64,000 bases of DNA from Cycas panzhihuaensis (taxonomy: Eukaryota; Plantae; Cycadophyta): assembly GCA_023213395.1 (NCBI GenBank), contig CM041465.1:162261741-162325740 (forward strand), in the 5' to 3' direction. Of this stretch, positions 62,510-64,000 are shown in pieces; position 1 is the stretch's first letter; each line of letters starts with the position of its first letter. The translations under genes and the position numbers were made by a program. The notes beneath the pieces were generated by a model. That model was not told the origin of the DNA, ran no database searches, and saw only the letters and a program-made list of their open reading frames with translations.

Positions 62510-63100
62510 GGCATTGATAAATGTCAGAGAAGTGCTCTAATGAAATGATGTTATGTTTCTATGTGCTTTGTCCTGCCATGAAACACTAGATTCCTCATCA
62601 TTTGAATTATACTTTGGTTATCACAAAACAACAGTGTGGGATCGATTTGTACCTCTTGTAAATCTTGAAGCAATCTCCTAAGCCAAATTGTCTCACAAGC
62701 TCCTACTATAGTTGCCTTATACTCTACTTTTTTGCAGTAGATAGAGATATTGTTGTTTGTTTCTTTGAACTCCATGCTACTGTTGTTGAACCCAAACTAA
62801 ATGCATAACCTAAAGTAGACTTCCTATCATCTACACAACCTGCCCAGTTTGAGTTTGTATAACCTACCAACCTGTAATCCCTTAATGACCTATAATGTAG
62901 ACCATACCCAATAGTTCCTCTAAGATATCTAAGAATCCTTTGGCTGCTTGCCAATGTTTTACCTTAGGCTCATGCATAAACTTGGAAACCACACTGACTA
63001 CATACATAATGTCTAGTCGAGTTGAAGTCAAGTAGATAAGACTCCCAATCAATTGCTTGTAAGTGTAGGGTCAATTAATTCAAGCTCCTCAAACTTTGAC
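62510..63100 (-). pseudogene. pol: Copia RT C-terminus / RNase H fragment
   Basis: RILRYLRGT, WAGCVDDRKST, WSSKKQ, CDNQS, FHGRTKHIE. Confidence 0.88.
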
Positions 63101-64000
63101 GATTAGACATGTATTTCAATTTTCTACAAAGTGAATGGTCATTAGAATTTTTTAAAAATTATTTGGTGTATTATTTTTATGTTCAAAGTTGATGCAAGTT
63201 TGTGGGCATCTTGTGAGTTGATCTCTTAAACAAACTTGGCAAAAATTTCACTTTGTAATCACAATTTAATACAAAATTCTTTATCTTGAATAAAGTTGAG
63301 TCTCAATTGAGACACTTGTGCATGTCCTGAAGTTGAAGGGGGAAAATTTGGCTCGAGTTTGAGTGCATTTTATTGCTTTGTTTAGTGCATTTTTTAGCCT
63401 TTCATTAAAACACTTTATTTTTCAAAGCAATTTATCTTTCAAGGCAATTTCATTTTATCTAATCCTAGGCACACACAAAGACTTGAATGCAAATATGATA
63501 CTAGCTTGTTTGTAAACCTTAAAATGATCGTAAATATGGATGGACCCAAATGCGGACTGCCAAATATGCAATAGACACAGACATGCAGAAATAATGGGAC
63601 GCAATACCATAGATTACAAGTTCAAAATTGCAAGTTTGAATACTAATCCTGTGGGTGACAGTTAACAGAAATGGCCAGTCAAATCAAATGCAGACAGGCG
63701 TAGATTCCTTTAAAAATACATAGGACACAACTATGAAACGGATAGACTAGATGTTGGCACACTACAAATAGTAAATGCAATAGACCATAATATTCAAAAG
63801 CAATTATATGTAGGTTTAGATTTGAATGTCTAGATTTGAAAAGTGACCTTCAAACACAGATGTGAGTGGAGACTTTAAAGATGAATGCCAAACAAAGTAA
63901 ACAGGCTAGAAATCTCAGATATGCTTTGATAGCAAATGAAGGTCAAAGAGCAAAATGAAAACATACGAACAAACAATAAGCAAGAGGTTGAACGAGTAAT

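Overview
An AT-rich, gene-free block from a large-genome land plant (a gymnosperm- or fern-like host is a guess). It is built almost entirely of nested, decayed LTR retrotransposons. At least seven Ty1/Copia pieces and seven to eight Ty3/Gypsy pieces are recognisable. Three elements keep both LTRs with a perfect or degenerate target-site duplication (23039-28908, 30102-35910, 36522-40903). No intact host gene, rRNA, tRNA or CRISPR array is visible. Most stop codons replace Trp/Gln/Arg codons, as expected from methylation-driven C>T decay. The most interesting signals are non-coding. (1) A ~480-510 nt structured RNA with a covarying pseudoknot and several covarying hairpins lies directly before the gag AUG in two divergent Copia elements; it is an IRES or packaging-element candidate, and a third Copia-derived element has a different long-range pseudoknotted leader. 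(2) In all five Copia 3' ends, a 13-21 bp inverted repeat of family-specific sequence folds the PPT and LTR start into a loop. (3) An intronless ARID-HMG-type HMG-box fragment is captured antisense in a Copia leader. (4) One Gypsy LTR carries 17 GTAC (SPL/SBP-type) motifs. (5) Two Gypsy elements share a conserved uORF/hairpin block 43 nt before gag. All alignments and pairings were done by eye.
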